Counted from the first letter of the stretch, positions 27,102 to 40,080 are shown. The stretch: 64,000 nt of DNA from Eubacterium sp. (GCA_034180045.1 JAXFOY010000019.1:6944-70943), one strand, 5' to 3'. Translations and numbers: made by a program. The notes: a model not told the origin generated them from the letters alone.

Positions 27102-28429
27102 AAAAACTTGAAGTAAGATCTATAATATGCCTTACCATGGCTGCAATTTTGCTCTTGGGAACGGGAATATTTGTTTTCAGATTTGTAAAATACGGTTCTA
27201 AATGGGCAACATTCTATGGAAATAGAAGTATTTATGAAAACGGTGTGCTGAGGAGCGGCGCTATATATGACAGAAACGATAATTTGCTTGCAAAGAGCGG
27301 CGGCGGAGAAATAAAATATAGTGACGACGAAGACGTAAGGGCGGCAACGGTGCATACGGTAGGAGACGTAAACGGTAAGATTGCAACATCGGCTCTTAGG
27401 GTATATAAAGACAAGCTCATCGGATACAAGCTTTTGACAGGAACTTACAAGCTCAAAGGACGAAACGATGATGTCAAGCTGACTTTGGACAGCGATGTCT
27501 GCAAGGCGGCGTACAAGGAGCTTCTCAATTATGATGCCGGATGTATCGGCGTATACAACTATAAGACAGGGGAGATAATCTGCATGGTGAGCACTCCGAG
27601 CTTCGATCCCGAAAATGAACCGAAGCTTGAGGCGGATGACCGATCCGGAATATACATAAACAGATTCCTTTCATCGACTTTGCCTCCCGGCTCCATTTTC
27701 AAGACGGTTACTTCCGCCGCAATTATAGAAAATGTTCCGGATTACGACAGTTTCAGCTATGACTGCACGGGAGTCAGAATGGTGCATGGTGAGCCTCTAA
27801 AATGTGCATATCCGCACGGTCATGTGGATTTTACGGGAGCTTTGGCGTCTTCATGTAACGGTTCTTTTTCGATTTTGACAGAGAAGGTCGGAGCAGAAAC
27901 TATGAGCCGATATGTTGACAAGCTGGGGCTTACAAAGTCATATGATATAGACGGAATATCAAATGCTAAGGGAAGCTTCGAATTTCCCGAAAATGCCGAT
28001 TTGAATTTGGGATGGGCAGGAATAGGGCAGTATCATGACAGACTCAATCCTTGCTCCATGATGGTGTACATGGGTGCGATAGCTAATGGCGGCAAAGCGG
28101 CTGTTCCGAAAATTTTGATGCCGGGGCTGGGCTTTACGGATATGACTGAGCAAATGATAGACGAAAAGACCTCGGAAAAGTTGACGGAGATGATGAAAGC
28201 AACTGTCGAAAGAAGCTATGGCAGTCATAATTACCCTAATTTAGATATATATGCAAAGACAGGCACGGCGGAAGTTGAAGGAAAGAATCCCAACGGATGG
28301 TTTGCGGGATTTATCAAAAACGAAGATCATCCTTATGCCTTTGTAATATGCCTGGAGAACTCAGGTGAAGCCTTATATACCGCTGCACCGGTTGCAAACG
28401 CCGTTCTTCAGGTGGCGATAAGTAAATAG
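27098..28429 (+). CDS. Class B penicillin-binding protein (PbpA-like transpeptidase)
   Basis: SxxK (GSIFK), SxN (SCN), KTGT; N-terminal TM anchor; coupled to the SEDS gene. Confidence 0.92.
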   Translation: MKKLEVRSIICLTMAAILLLGTGIFVFRFVKYGSKWATFYGNRSIYENGVLRSGAIYDRNDNLLAKSGGGEIKYSDDEDVRAATVHTVGDVNGKIATSALRVYKDKLIGYKLLTGTYKLKGRNDDVKLTLDSDVCKAAYKELLNYDAGCIGVYNYKTGEIICMVSTPSFDPENEPKLEADDRSGIYINRFLSSTLPPGSIFKTVTSAAIIENVPDYDSFSYDCTGVRMVHGEPLKCAYPHGHVDFTGALASSCNGSFSILTEKVGAETMSRYVDKLGLTKSYDIDGISNAKGSFEFPENADLNLGWAGIGQYHDRLNPCSMMVYMGAIANGGKAAVPKILMPGLGFTDMTEQMIDEKTSEKLTEMMKATVERSYGSHNYPNLDIYAKTGTAEVEGKNPNGWFAGFIKNEDHPYAFVICLENSGEALYTAAPVANAVLQVAISK

Positions 28430-28510
28430 TTATATTTTTTAATATGTAATTGTCTTTTACATGGACACTTACATTGATAAGGACTCGCAATGCGAGTAAA
28501 AGGTACTAAA

Positions 28511-29773
28511 ATGAAAGATGAAACAAAATGCCTACATTCGGGCTACACCCCTAAAAATTCCGAACCTCGGGTAATGCCGATAGTGCAGAGCACAACCTAT
28601 GTATTTGATTCAACAAAAGATGTAGCTGATGTATTTGATGATCCGACAAAAGCATTGATTTATTCGCGCTTTGCCAATCCTACCGTAATGGCGGTGGAAG
28701 ATAAAATTGCCGATCTTGAGGGGGGCATTGCCGCTATGTGCACAAGTTCCGGTCAGGCGGCTAATATGTTCGCGGTGCTTAACCTTTGTAAGGCAGGAGA
28801 TCACATAGTGAGCGTATCACAAATTTATGGAGGAACATATAATCTGTTTAACTTTACGCTCAAGAAGATGGGAATAGATTGTACGTTTATTTCAACCGAT
28901 GCCGACAGAGAAGAAATTTACGCGGCATTTAGAGCTGAAACTAAGTTGGTCTTTGGTGAAACTATTGCAAATCCGGCATTAAGCGTCTTTGATATAGAGA
29001 AGTTTGCCGATATAGCTCATGCTCACGGAGTTCCTTTGATAGTTGATAATACATTCGCCACACCGATTCTTTGCAAACCGCTCGAGTTTGGGGCTGATAT
29101 AGTGACTCATTCAACTACAAAGTATATGGATGGTCACGCTGTTCAGGGCGGCGGTGTTATAGTAGACGGAGGTAAATTTGATTGGACTAATGGTAAGTTC
29201 CCGGATTTCGTAGAGCCTGATGAGTCATATCACGGATTAAAATATGTTGAAAAATACGGAAATCTTGCATACATACTCAAGGCTAGAATGCAGCTTATGC
29301 GTGACTTCGGGGCATATCCGTCAGCTCACTCGGCATTTCTTTTGAATATGGGTCTTGAAACTCTGCATGTACGTATGCCGAGATATTGTGAAAATACCGA
29401 GGCGGTTGCCAAGTTCCTGAAATCTCACGAAAAGGTGGAGCAAATAAGTTATCCTGCGCTTGAAGACGACAAGTATCATGAACTTTACAAGAAATACCTA
29501 AGGGGAGCAAGCGGGGTCATCTCTTTTATAATTAAAGGTGGAAGAGACAATGCTATTAAATTCATGGATTCGCTTAAGTTGGCATCAAATGAGGTTCATG
29601 TCGCCGATATAAGAACTTGCGTACTTCATCCCGCAAGCGAAACTCACAGACAACTTACGGATGAGCAGCTTACAGCGGCAGGAATCGATGCAGGAATGAT
29701 AAGGCTTTCGGTCGGTCTGGAAAACATAGATGATATATTGGACGATTTGAGGCAAGGATTTGAAGCCATATAG
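28511..29773 (+). CDS. metY: O-acetylhomoserine aminocarboxypropyltransferase
   Basis: YSRFANPT, SSGQAA, VDNTF, HSTTKYMDGH (PLP Lys), HPASETH, RLSVGLE. Confidence 0.9.
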   Translation: MKDETKCLHSGYTPKNSEPRVMPIVQSTTYVFDSTKDVADVFDDPTKALIYSRFANPTVMAVEDKIADLEGGIAAMCTSSGQAANMFAVLNLCKAGDHIVSVSQIYGGTYNLFNFTLKKMGIDCTFISTDADREEIYAAFRAETKLVFGETIANPALSVFDIEKFADIAHAHGVPLIVDNTFATPILCKPLEFGADIVTHSTTKYMDGHAVQGGGVIVDGGKFDWTNGKFPDFVEPDESYHGLKYVEKYGNLAYILKARMQLMRDFGAYPSAHSAFLLNMGLETLHVRMPRYCENTEAVAKFLKSHEKVEQISYPALEDDKYHELYKKYLRGASGVISFIIKGGRDNAIKFMDSLKLASNEVHVADIRTCVLHPASETHRQLTDEQLTAAGIDAGMIRLSVGLENIDDILDDLRQGFEAI

Positions 29774-30018
29774 AAATACAGATTATCAGTGATTGATAGT
29801 TTGTAAATAAAGATATATTTTGATATATAGTAGTTGTAGAATTAAGCAAAACACTTTATCACTGCCTTAGTGAAAGCGCTTTGCTTATTCTTTTTGAAAG
29901 AAGTAATTTCTGTGTAAAAGTAAAAGATTTTTTGCTTAAAAAAATGCATTGTCAAATGTTTTAGATAGAAATTTTGTTGCAAATGTGGCAGTCTGGTAGC
30001 GAAAGGAGAAATTTATAT

Positions 30019-30426
30019 ATGGAGATAGGGCAGAAGTTGCAGGAAGCTCGTATGGCTTCCGGATTGTCACAGGAAAATGTGGCGGAAAAGATTAATGTTT
30101 CCAGACAAACTATCTCAAACTGGGAAAATGAAAAAACTTACCCGGATATTATCAGTGTTATTAAGCTAAGCGACTTATATTCCGTAAGCCTTGATTCTTT
30201 GCTGAAAGGAGATCAAAAAATGATAGAACATCTGGAAGAAAGCACAGACGTTGTTAAAAGCAATAAAAAACTGATTGGTGCAGTCGTTTTGAATATCGTG
30301 CTTATTGTTTTACTGATTACTTTGAGTGTTTTTATTCCGAACAACCGGTATTTCCTTGTCGGAGTATTTTGCCTTACGATAGTCAGTACATCGGCATTAA
30401 TGTATCAAATCATTATGAAGCTTTAG
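30019..30426 (+). CDS. XRE-family HTH regulator with two C-terminal TM helices
   Basis: LSQENVAEKINVSRQTISNWEN..YPD; hydrophobic tail; GAAAGGAG RBS. Confidence 0.9.
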   Translation: MEIGQKLQEARMASGLSQENVAEKINVSRQTISNWENEKTYPDIISVIKLSDLYSVSLDSLLKGDQKMIEHLEESTDVVKSNKKLIGAVVLNIVLIVLLITLSVFIPNNRYFLVGVFCLTIVSTSALMYQIIMKL

Positions 30427-30439
30427 GGAGGAATTACAT

Positions 30440-30772
30440 ATGAATTGGGTAATAACGTTCATTACAATATTAGGCGCCGTCGCGCTGGTTGGAGGCTTTT
30501 GCCTTTCATATCAAATTTATCGAATAGTTAAGATAGACGCAAAAGCCAGAGGGCTAAAGCATCCAAAGTTTTGGGGGTTTTTTGCAATATCAAACAACAA
30601 TGCAGGGGGATTAATCACATACCTGATTGGTAGAAGACGATATCCTATTGTAAAAATGTCGGATGCAGATAAATTAGAAATTGCCGAAAGAAAAAAAACG
30701 ATAGGTGTAGCCTTGATATTCTTCACTGTCGGTATGCTCGGTATAATGTTACTTTCCGTAAAATTTATGTAA
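30440..30772 (+). CDS. Small membrane protein (hypothetical)
   Basis: GGGAGG RBS; 2-3 TM segments; DAKARGLKHPKFWG pattern; follows the XRE gene. Confidence 0.7.
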   Translation: MNWVITFITILGAVALVGGFCLSYQIYRIVKIDAKARGLKHPKFWGFFAISNNNAGGLITYLIGRRRYPIVKMSDADKLEIAERKKTIGVALIFFTVGMLGIMLLSVKFM

Positions 30773-30979
30773 ATGTTACGGCAATCAAGCAAATCGGCAC
30801 CTGTTTATATCATAATATAAAAAAACAATTTCAGAGCGTTGTATGCGATTAAAATCCTAAATCGGACAAATTTTAATTCAAAAAAGTATTTTTGTTGACT
30901 ATCAAAGTCTTGTAATGTAAAATATCTCTATAAAATATGCAATTATAGCAAAGTAGTCAGATTATGAATAGGAGAAAAT

Positions 30980-31387
30980 ATGAGAAATAAAAAAATTTTT
31001 GCAATACTGATGATTATGGTATTGGCAGTATCCGCTTTTGCACTAACAGCATGTGGGAATAAAAGCAAGACTCTTGAGAACTTCGTAGAAAGCGATAAGG
31101 ACTTGAAGGCTGAAATTGATAAAACAGCCGCAGAAAACGGTCTTAAAATTGAAATCAAAGATAATACTCTAACATATCTATATAAGTATGAAATGGAGGT
31201 TTCAGACGAGCAGGTTAAGGTAATGGCACCACAGCTTGAAGTTGCACTTTCAGCTGCTGAGAATACATTCAAGGGACTTGCCGCTGATTTGGAGAAAAAG
31301 ACAGAAATTAAGGGTCTAAAGATTGCTGTTGTATATATGGATAAGAACGAAAAAGTAATCTATAAGACAGAATTCGGTTCAAAATAA
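30980..31387 (+). CDS. Lipoprotein (DUF4854-like)
   Basis: Lipobox LTAC; AGGAG RBS; TTGACT-17-TAAAAT promoter at 30895-30923; terminator at 31418-31448. Confidence 0.75.
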   Translation: MRNKKIFAILMIMVLAVSAFALTACGNKSKTLENFVESDKDLKAEIDKTAAENGLKIEIKDNTLTYLYKYEMEVSDEQVKVMAPQLEVALSAAENTFKGLAADLEKKTEIKGLKIAVVYMDKNEKVIYKTEFGSK

Positions 31388-31417
31388 ATCTAAACATATA
31401 AGTGATTTTGATTTAAG

Positions 31418-31448
31418 CATAGTCGGTTGTTTCCGGCTATGTTTTTTT
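31418..31448 (+). terminator. Rho-independent terminator
   Basis: CATAGTCGG-ttgttt-CCGGCTATG followed by T7. Confidence 0.7.
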
Positions 31449-31506
31449 GTTGAATAGGTGTTGATTTTACTGTAAAATAAAAGTATTAATAATGCGTGAG
31501 GTAAGC

Positions 31507-33324
31507 ATGGAAAACAGACAATACGAAAATTATATAAGAAATTTTAGCATTATAGCTCATATAGATCACGGTAAGTCTACACTTGCAGATAGAATAATAG
31601 AGAATACCGGACTTGTGGCACATAGAGATATGAAGGAACAATTCCTTGACAATATGGACTTGGAACGCGAACGGGGTATTACGATTAAACTTCAGACGAC
31701 CAGACTTGTATATAAGTCAGAAGACGGCAACGAGTATATTTTTAATCTAATAGATACACCGGGGCATGTAGACTTCAATTACGAGGTATCGAGAAGTCTT
31801 GCGGCTTGTGAAGGAGCTGTACTTGTAGTCGATTCAACTCAAGGAGTTGAGGCACAGACTATGGCGAATGTATACCTTGCACTTGACGAAGATTTGGAAA
31901 TCCTGCCTATTCTTAACAAAATCGACCTCGCAAGTTCAAGACCGGATGAGGTAAAGGAAGAAATCGAAGAGATGATAGGGATAGATGCTTCCGAAGCACC
32001 GCTAGTTTCAGCTAAAGAGGGCATAGGTATCAACGACTTGCTTGAAGCGGTTGTAAAGACAATTCCGGCACCAAGCGGAGATCCTGATGGGAAGCTTAAG
32101 GCGCTTATCTTTGATTCGGTATACGATAACTATAAGGGTGTAGTTATATATGCGCGTATTTTTGACGGAACCGTTAAAGTCGGAGATAATATTCTTCTGA
32201 TGAATACCAAGAAAAAATACGAGGTTACAGAAGTCGGGATAATGGCTCCGTCTCATGTGCCGACAAAGTTCCTAAGAGCAGGCGAAGTTGGATATATCTG
32301 TGCCAGCATCAAACAGGTAAGGGATGCGAGGGTCGGTGATACCGTTACTCTTGCTCAAAATCCCGCGGAGGAAGCGCTTCCGGGGTACAAAAAAGTGCAG
32401 TCAATGGTTTACTGCGGTATATATCCCGCCGAGGGGGAGAAATACGAAAGTGTCAAGGATGCACTTGAAAAGCTTCAGGTAAACGATGCCGCTTTTGTCT
32501 TTGAGCCTGAGACGTCCACAGCTTTGGGCTTCGGCTTCAGATGCGGCTTCCTAGGTCTCTTACATATGGAGATTATAGTAGAAAGACTGGAGAGGGAGTT
32601 TGACCTTGGCGTTATAACAACATCACCTAGCGTAGTTTACAAGGTGGTAATGACAGACGGCAGTGAGCAAATGATACAAAACCCTACAAATCTACCCCCT
32701 CAGACCGAAATAGATCACATTGAAGAACCAATTGTAAAGGCTGATATCATGACGCCGAAGGAATATGTGGGAACGATAATGGAGCTATGCCAGAAGCGAC
32801 GCGGAAATATGCTGCATATGGAGTATATCGCTCAAGACAGGGTACAGCTTCACTATGAGTTGCCGCTTAATGAAGTAATATATGATTTCTTTGATGCTCT
32901 TAAATCCAAGACCAGAGGGTACGGTTCCTTGGACTACGAGTTTATAAGATACCAAAAGTCGAGCCTTGTTAAGATGGACGTACTCTTAAACAAGGACCTG
33001 GTAGATGCCTTTTCTATGATTGTGCATGATAGTGCCGCATATGACAGAGGCAGGTTTGTCTGCAAGAAGCTGAAGGATGTAATTCCTATGCACCAGTTCG
33101 AGGTGCCTATCCAGGCAGCTATAGGTCAAAAGGTGATTGCAAGAGAAACAGTCAGAGCTTACCGTAAGGATGTAATAGCAAAGTGCTATGGCGGAGATAT
33201 TTCCCGTAAGAAGAAACTTCTCGAAAAGCAAAAGGAAGGTAAGAAGAGGATGCGCCAATTCGGTAAGGTTGAAGTTCCTCAAGAAGCTTTTACCGCGGTT
33301 CTGAAATATGACGACGAAAAATAG
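31507..33324 (+). CDS. lepA: Translation elongation factor 4
   Basis: [45 protein letters not shown]. Confidence 0.98.
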   Translation: MENRQYENYIRNFSIIAHIDHGKSTLADRIIENTGLVAHRDMKEQFLDNMDLERERGITIKLQTTRLVYKSEDGNEYIFNLIDTPGHVDFNYEVSRSLAACEGAVLVVDSTQGVEAQTMANVYLALDEDLEILPILNKIDLASSRPDEVKEEIEEMIGIDASEAPLVSAKEGIGINDLLEAVVKTIPAPSGDPDGKLKALIFDSVYDNYKGVVIYARIFDGTVKVGDNILLMNTKKKYEVTEVGIMAPSHVPTKFLRAGEVGYICASIKQVRDARVGDTVTLAQNPAEEALPGYKKVQSMVYCGIYPAEGEKYESVKDALEKLQVNDAAFVFEPETSTALGFGFRCGFLGLLHMEIIVERLEREFDLGVITTSPSVVYKVVMTDGSEQMIQNPTNLPPQTEIDHIEEPIVKADIMTPKEYVGTIMELCQKRRGNMLHMEYIAQDRVQLHYELPLNEVIYDFFDALKSKTRGYGSLDYEFIRYQKSSLVKMDVLLNKDLVDAFSMIVHDSAAYDRGRFVCKKLKDVIPMHQFEVPIQAAIGQKVIARETVRAYRKDVIAKCYGGDISRKKKLLEKQKEGKKRMRQFGKVEVPQEAFTAVLKYDDEK

Positions 33325-33325
33325 A

Positions 33326-34555
33326 ATGTTAAAAAAGTCGGGGATATATATACATATCCCCTTCTGCATAAGTAGATGTATTTACTGCGGATTTTTCTCA
33401 GGTGCAGGTGCTGTAAGCGAGGAAGATGAGCACGCATATGTAAGATTAATTAAACAGGAAATAGAGAATGCAACACGTCGATATGCCGAATATTATGACG
33501 AAGTTGACAGCATCTTTTTCGGCGGAGGAACTCCCAGCGTGTTTAAGCCCGAAAGCCTGATTGAAATATTGGATGCCGTGCGTAAAGAGTTTCGCTTGAG
33601 CGCCGATTGCGAGATTACCATGGAAGCAAATCCCGGAACCTTGAGCCGTAAAAATTTGACAAAACTGCGTAAGAACGGCTTCAACAGACTATCTCTCGGA
33701 TGTCAGTCGATGAACGAAAATGTGCTCAGAACCTTAGGGCGTATTCACAGTGCAGAGGAGTTCTTGGAAAGCTTTGAAGCCGCACGAACATCAGGTTTTG
33801 ATAATATAAATGTGGACTTGATGTTTTCAGTACCCGGGGCAGATGAAGTCGTTTGGCAGGACAGCCTTGACAGGATAGTCGACTTATCACCGGAGCATAT
33901 ATCATTTTACAGCCTGCAAATTGAAGAAGATACACCGTTATATGATATGTATAGAAGCGGCTTGTTTCCTGAGGTGAGCGATGAGATGGACCGTAAAATG
34001 TATCACCAAGCGATACGAACGCTTAAGTCCGCCGGATATTTGCACTACGAGATTTCCAACGCGGCAAAACCGGGATGTGAGTGCCGCCACAATATCAAAT
34101 ATTGGAAGCTTTATGATTACATAGGCTTTGGTAAAAGTGCAGCTTCCTTTGTACGCGGAACAAGATTTACAAATTCCACAGATGAGGGCTATGAAGTCGG
34201 CGTTAAGGAAGAAAAAAACTTTATAGAAGGGCATTTAGGCGTTTTGCCGCCAAGCACAGATGAAAGTGATTCTTTACCTGAGTACGCTCTGAAGAAATAC
34301 TCAGAGTACCATATTAACAGCTTTATGGATTCTGCCTCGGAATTTGTTTTCTTGGGGCTTCGCATGGCAAGCGGAGTGAACTACGCTGATTTTAGGGAGA
34401 GATTCAGCCGGGAGTTTTCGGATGTGTTTTCAGACAGGATGGAAGAAGTAAAGGAGTTTATATCCTGTGGTGCTTTGATTGAAGATGAGTCAGGCATTCG
34501 TCTCAGCGAAAACGGTTTTGATATTTCAAATAGAATTATGGCTTTATTTGTTTAG
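33326..34555 (+). CDS. hemW: Radical SAM heme chaperone HemW
   Basis: YIHIPFC, CxxxCxxC, FGGGTPS, YEISN and HNxxYW; lepA-hemW synteny. Confidence 0.92.
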   Translation: MLKKSGIYIHIPFCISRCIYCGFFSGAGAVSEEDEHAYVRLIKQEIENATRRYAEYYDEVDSIFFGGGTPSVFKPESLIEILDAVRKEFRLSADCEITMEANPGTLSRKNLTKLRKNGFNRLSLGCQSMNENVLRTLGRIHSAEEFLESFEAARTSGFDNINVDLMFSVPGADEVVWQDSLDRIVDLSPEHISFYSLQIEEDTPLYDMYRSGLFPEVSDEMDRKMYHQAIRTLKSAGYLHYEISNAAKPGCECRHNIKYWKLYDYIGFGKSAASFVRGTRFTNSTDEGYEVGVKEEKNFIEGHLGVLPPSTDESDSLPEYALKKYSEYHINSFMDSASEFVFLGLRMASGVNYADFRERFSREFSDVFSDRMEEVKEFISCGALIEDESGIRLSENGFDISNRIMALFV

Positions 34556-34572
34556 AACTTATTTGGAGGTAA

Positions 34573-36066
<1,494 letters not shown>

Positions 36067-36342
36067 CAATAAGTATATCTATTAGCGGCATCGATGCCAT
36101 ATTCGTAAATTCAAAAATAAAATCCACAAACAGTAAATCTGAACGGTATGGATAAACAGACACGGCTTTTCTAAAAGATGTGCCTGTAATACCAAAATGA
36201 TTTACTGTTTTTATTTTCAAAAACACAATTCAAACACATTAAAAACAAAAATTAGAAACTAAAAAAACACAGGAAATACCAAAGTTTATTTGCAAATAAC
36301 TATTGACATATATAAAGTAAAGGAGTAAATTATATATAACGA

Positions 36343-36369
36343 TTAGCACTCTAATAGAGTGAGTGCTAA
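36343..36369. promoter_or_regulatory. CIRCE element (HrcA operator)
   Basis: TTAGCACTC-N9-GAGTGCTAA, perfect consensus; TTGACA at 36303-36308. Confidence 0.98.
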
Positions 36370-36426
36370 TAACGCAGCCGGATATGATAAAACTTATAAA
36401 GCGTAGTTATATCGCTTTATGCGTAA

Positions 36427-37488
36427 ATGGAGATGATGCAGATGGAGATGACAGAAAGAAAGCTAAAAATTTTACAAGCTATTATCAGTGATTATGTCAA
36501 GTCTGCCGAGCCGGTAGGTTCGAGAGCCCTGGCGAGAAAATTTGAATTCGGCATCAGTCCTGCAACGATTAGAAACGAGATGAGCGATCTTGAGGAGATG
36601 GGTTATCTTACACATCCTCATACGTCGGCAGGAAGAGTTCCGTCAGATAAGGCATATAGACTATATGTCAATCAAATGATGGAAAAACAGGAATTGACAG
36701 TAGACGAAAAAAGGGCGATAGCACATGAGCTTCAGGCGAATATCAACGAGTTTGACAGAACGATTGAACATGCGGCAAAAATTCTTTCAAGGATAACCAA
36801 CCTGACATCTTTTGCGGTAACCCCAACTGCAGTTGATGACACTCTTAAGTTCGTCAACCTTCTGCCCGTAGACGAAAACACGGTCGTAATGATGATAGTA
36901 TCTGATACGGGTAAGGTCAATAACACGGCGCTGCGCCTTAGAACTCCGTGTACGGATGAGAATTTGCAGCTCTTAGCCAAATCAATGACATATAAATATA
37001 GGGGTAAAAGGCTTACAGATGTACTGAAAAGCAATATTATAGAAAACTTCCAGACAGATGTTGCAGCACTTGATAGGCTGGAACAGGATATTATGCCGGA
37101 TTTCATCAAGACACTGGAAAGTATGCTTGATGTTCAGTTATACATGGACGGAATGACAAACATCTTTGACTTGCCGGAATACAGCGATATAGAAAGTGCC
37201 AAGAACTTCCTCAATCTTCTTAATCAAAAAGAGGAGTTCATTAAAACGGTAATAGAGCGTGACACCGGAACTATAGTAACCATAGGCGAAGAAAATATGG
37301 ATGAGCATATGAATGATTACTCGATAATCACGGCAACATATAGCGTCGACGGTAAGCAGATAGGCAAGATTGGAGTAATAGGTCCAAAGCGTATGAAATA
37401 TGGAGAAATAACTTCAATAATGGAATATCTGACAGATAATCTCAATCGAAGTTTTCAATTAGAAGAGGGAGGAAACGATAGTGATTAA
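36427..37488 (+). CDS. hrcA: Heat-inducible transcription repressor
   Basis: EPVGSR, SPATIRNEM.DLEEMGYL.HPHTSAGR.PS, IGVIGPKRM.Y. Confidence 0.97.
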   Translation: MEMMQMEMTERKLKILQAIISDYVKSAEPVGSRALARKFEFGISPATIRNEMSDLEEMGYLTHPHTSAGRVPSDKAYRLYVNQMMEKQELTVDEKRAIAHELQANINEFDRTIEHAAKILSRITNLTSFAVTPTAVDDTLKFVNLLPVDENTVVMMIVSDTGKVNNTALRLRTPCTDENLQLLAKSMTYKYRGKRLTDVLKSNIIENFQTDVAALDRLEQDIMPDFIKTLESMLDVQLYMDGMTNIFDLPEYSDIESAKNFLNLLNQKEEFIKTVIERDTGTIVTIGEENMDEHMNDYSIITATYSVDGKQIGKIGVIGPKRMKYGEITSIMEYLTDNLNRSFQLEEGGNDSD

Positions 37489-38104
37489 CGAGGAAAATAC
37501 AAAGCAGGTTAATGACGAGAAGCAGTCTGATTTGAACGATGAAACCGTTCATGAACATGTGGACGAAGAATCAGCAGCTGAGCGTGGAAGCTGTGATGAA
37601 AAAAGTGATTGCGATTCGGAAAAGAATGAATCGCAAGTAAGTGAAGATGCCAAGCCGGAAGATGACAAAGACATAGATTGCGATTCGGACAGTTCGGATG
37701 AAATGACAGGCAAATATGTAAGACTGATGGCTGAATTTCAAAACTACAAAAAAAGAGTTTCAAAGGAAAAGGATGATCTTCGTGCCTATGCAAATGAAAG
37801 TCTTGTAGTAAGTTTGCTCGAGGTCATTGATAATTTTGAAAGAGCGCTTGAACATGAATCGACAGATGAGGGTTATGTGACAGGTATGCAAATGATTTTC
37901 AAGCAGATTGTGGAAACTCTTAAAAAATCAGGGCTTGAGGAAATTGAAGCTCTGGGAGCGGATTTTGATCCAAGCTTTCACAATGCGGTGATGACAGGCG
38001 ACGACCCGGAATTTGACAGCGGAAAAGTGACTATGGTCATGCAAAAAGGATATACTCTGAACGGTAAGGTAATCAGGGCATCAATGGTTAAAGTAAACAA
38101 TTAA
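37481..38104 (+). CDS. grpE: Nucleotide exchange factor GrpE (GTG start)
   Basis: RLMAEFQNYKKR, DNFERAL, FDP..H.AV, QKGY.L..KVIR.SMV.V. Confidence 0.95.
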   Translation: MINEENTKQVNDEKQSDLNDETVHEHVDEESAAERGSCDEKSDCDSEKNESQVSEDAKPEDDKDIDCDSDSSDEMTGKYVRLMAEFQNYKKRVSKEKDDLRAYANESLVVSLLEVIDNFERALEHESTDEGYVTGMQMIFKQIVETLKKSGLEEIEALGADFDPSFHNAVMTGDDPEFDSGKVTMVMQKGYTLNGKVIRASMVKVNN

Positions 38105-38149
38105 TAAAATAAACATAAAAGTAATTGTAAATTTCAGGAGGAAATAGAA

Positions 38150-40015
38150 ATGGCAAAAGTAATAGGAATAGATTTAGGAACAACAAACAGCTGCGTTTCA
38201 GTGCTTGAAGGTGGAGAACCTACAGTAATTGCTAATGCAGAGGGAAACAGAACAACACCGTCGATAGTGGGTTTTGCTAAGAACGGTGAAAGACTCGTTG
38301 GTGAAACTGCGAAAAGACAGGCTGTAACAAACCCGGAAAGAACTATAACTTCAGTAAAAAGACATATGGGTGAAGACTTTACAGTAACGATTGACGATAA
38401 AAAATACACACCGCAAGACATCAGTGCCATGATTTTGGCAAAGCTTAAAGCTGATGCTGAAAGCTATCTTGGAGATAAGGTTACAGAGGCGGTAATCACA
38501 GTACCTGCATATTTCTCGGATGCTCAGAAACAGGCAACAAAGGATGCCGGAAAAATTGCGGGTCTGGAAGTTAAGAGAATTATCAATGAACCTACAGCGG
38601 CTTCACTTGCTTACGGACTTGACAAAGAAGAAGGCTCTCATAAGATTCTTGTATACGATTTGGGCGGAGGTACTTTTGACGTATCAATTCTTGAACTTGG
38701 CGACGGTGTATTTGAAGTACTTGCAACAAACGGTGATACCATGCTCGGCGGAGACGATTTTGACAACAAGATTGTAACTTACCTTGCCGACACATTTGCG
38801 ACCGAAAACGGCGTTGATCTAAGAGCTGACAAAATGGCGCTCCAGAGACTGAAAGAAGCGGCGGAAAAGGCTAAGAAGGAGCTTTCAAGCGCTCAGACGA
38901 CAAATATCAATCTTCCGTTTATCACGGTGACATCAGACGGTCCGCTTCATATGAATGTTGACCTTACAAGGGCTAAATTTGACCAGTTGACTGCTGATTT
39001 AGTAGAAAGATCGGTAGCACCTATGCAGAAAGCAATGGCTGATGCAGGTGTGACAAACAGCGATTTGGCAAAGGTAATCCTCGTCGGCGGTTCTACAAGA
39101 ATTCCTGCCGTACAGGAAGCTGTAAAGAGAGTTACAGGCAAGGAGCCTTTCAAGGGTATAAATCCTGACGAATGTGTAGCAATAGGTGCGGCGATTCAGG
39201 CAGGTGTTTTGACAGGTGAGGTGAACGATGTACTTCTACTTGATGTTACACCGCTTTCACTTTCAATCGAAACACTTGGAGGTGTGGCAACAAAGCTAAT
39301 TGAAAGAAATACGACAATTCCAACAAAGAAGAGCCAAGTGTTCTCAACCGCTGCTGATAATCAGACCGCTGTAGATATACATGTAATGCAGGGTGAAAGA
39401 CAGATGGCAAATGACAATATTTCTCTAGGTCGTTTCCAGCTTACAGGAATTGCTCCTGCTCCACGCGGAATTCCGCAGATTGAGGTAACATTTGACATAG
39501 ATGCAAACGGCATAGTAAATGTTAGCGCTAAGGATCTAGGTACAGGCAAGGAACAGAAAATCACTATCACATCTTCAACAAAGCTTTCCGAAGATGAAAT
39601 AAATGCCAAAGTAAGAGAAGCTGAAGCATATGCGGCAGAAGATAAGAAAAAGAAAGATGCGATAGAGACAAGAAACCAGGCTGAGGCTATGGCATATCAG
39701 ACAGAGAAGACTCTAAAAGATTTGGAGGGTAAGATTTCTGATGAGGATGCAAATTCTCTTAAGGCTGCAAACGAAGAACTCAAGAAGGCTCTTGAACTCA
39801 ACAATGAAGAAGAAATTAAACAGAAGACGGAAGCTTTGACAGCTAAATTTAATGAAGTTTCAACCAAGCTGTATCAGCAGAGCGGTGCTCAGGGAGCGCC
39901 GGACATGTCAGGAATGGGCGGTGGAACAGCCCAGGATGCAGGCAACGCATCAGGTGCTGCAAATGATAATGTAGTGGATGCGGATTACACGGTGGTTGAC
40001 GACGAAAATAAATAA
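38150..40015 (+). CDS. dnaK: Chaperone DnaK
   Basis: [33 protein letters not shown]. Confidence 0.99.
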   Translation: MAKVIGIDLGTTNSCVSVLEGGEPTVIANAEGNRTTPSIVGFAKNGERLVGETAKRQAVTNPERTITSVKRHMGEDFTVTIDDKKYTPQDISAMILAKLKADAESYLGDKVTEAVITVPAYFSDAQKQATKDAGKIAGLEVKRIINEPTAASLAYGLDKEEGSHKILVYDLGGGTFDVSILELGDGVFEVLATNGDTMLGGDDFDNKIVTYLADTFATENGVDLRADKMALQRLKEAAEKAKKELSSAQTTNINLPFITVTSDGPLHMNVDLTRAKFDQLTADLVERSVAPMQKAMADAGVTNSDLAKVILVGGSTRIPAVQEAVKRVTGKEPFKGINPDECVAIGAAIQAGVLTGEVNDVLLLDVTPLSLSIETLGGVATKLIERNTTIPTKKSQVFSTAADNQTAVDIHVMQGERQMANDNISLGRFQLTGIAPAPRGIPQIEVTFDIDANGIVNVSAKDLGTGKEQKITITSSTKLSEDEINAKVREAEAYAAEDKKKKDAIETRNQAEAMAYQTEKTLKDLEGKISDEDANSLKAANEELKKALELNNEEEIKQKTEALTAKFNEVSTKLYQQSGAQGAPDMSGMGGGTAQDAGNASGAANDNVVDADYTVVDDENK

Positions 40016-40030
40016 GGCTTTAATTGCAAA

Positions 40031-40054
40031 AGGATTTGCCATAGTGCAAATCCT
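40031..40054 (+). other. Intercistronic stem-loop between dnaK and dnaJ
   Basis: AGGATTTGC-catagt-GCAAATCCT. Confidence 0.55.
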
Positions 40055-40080
40055 TGTTTGCAGTTAATATAGGTGAAAAT

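Noticed and set aside
28430-28510. SAM riboswitch or T-box upstream of metY
   Set aside because: The intergenic gap is only about 80 nt and lacks the S-box and T-box consensus motifs.
37607-37689. 14-bp direct repeat GATTGCGATTCGGA in grpE
   Set aside because: It encodes DCDS twice within the variable disordered N-terminus; most likely a local duplication without function.
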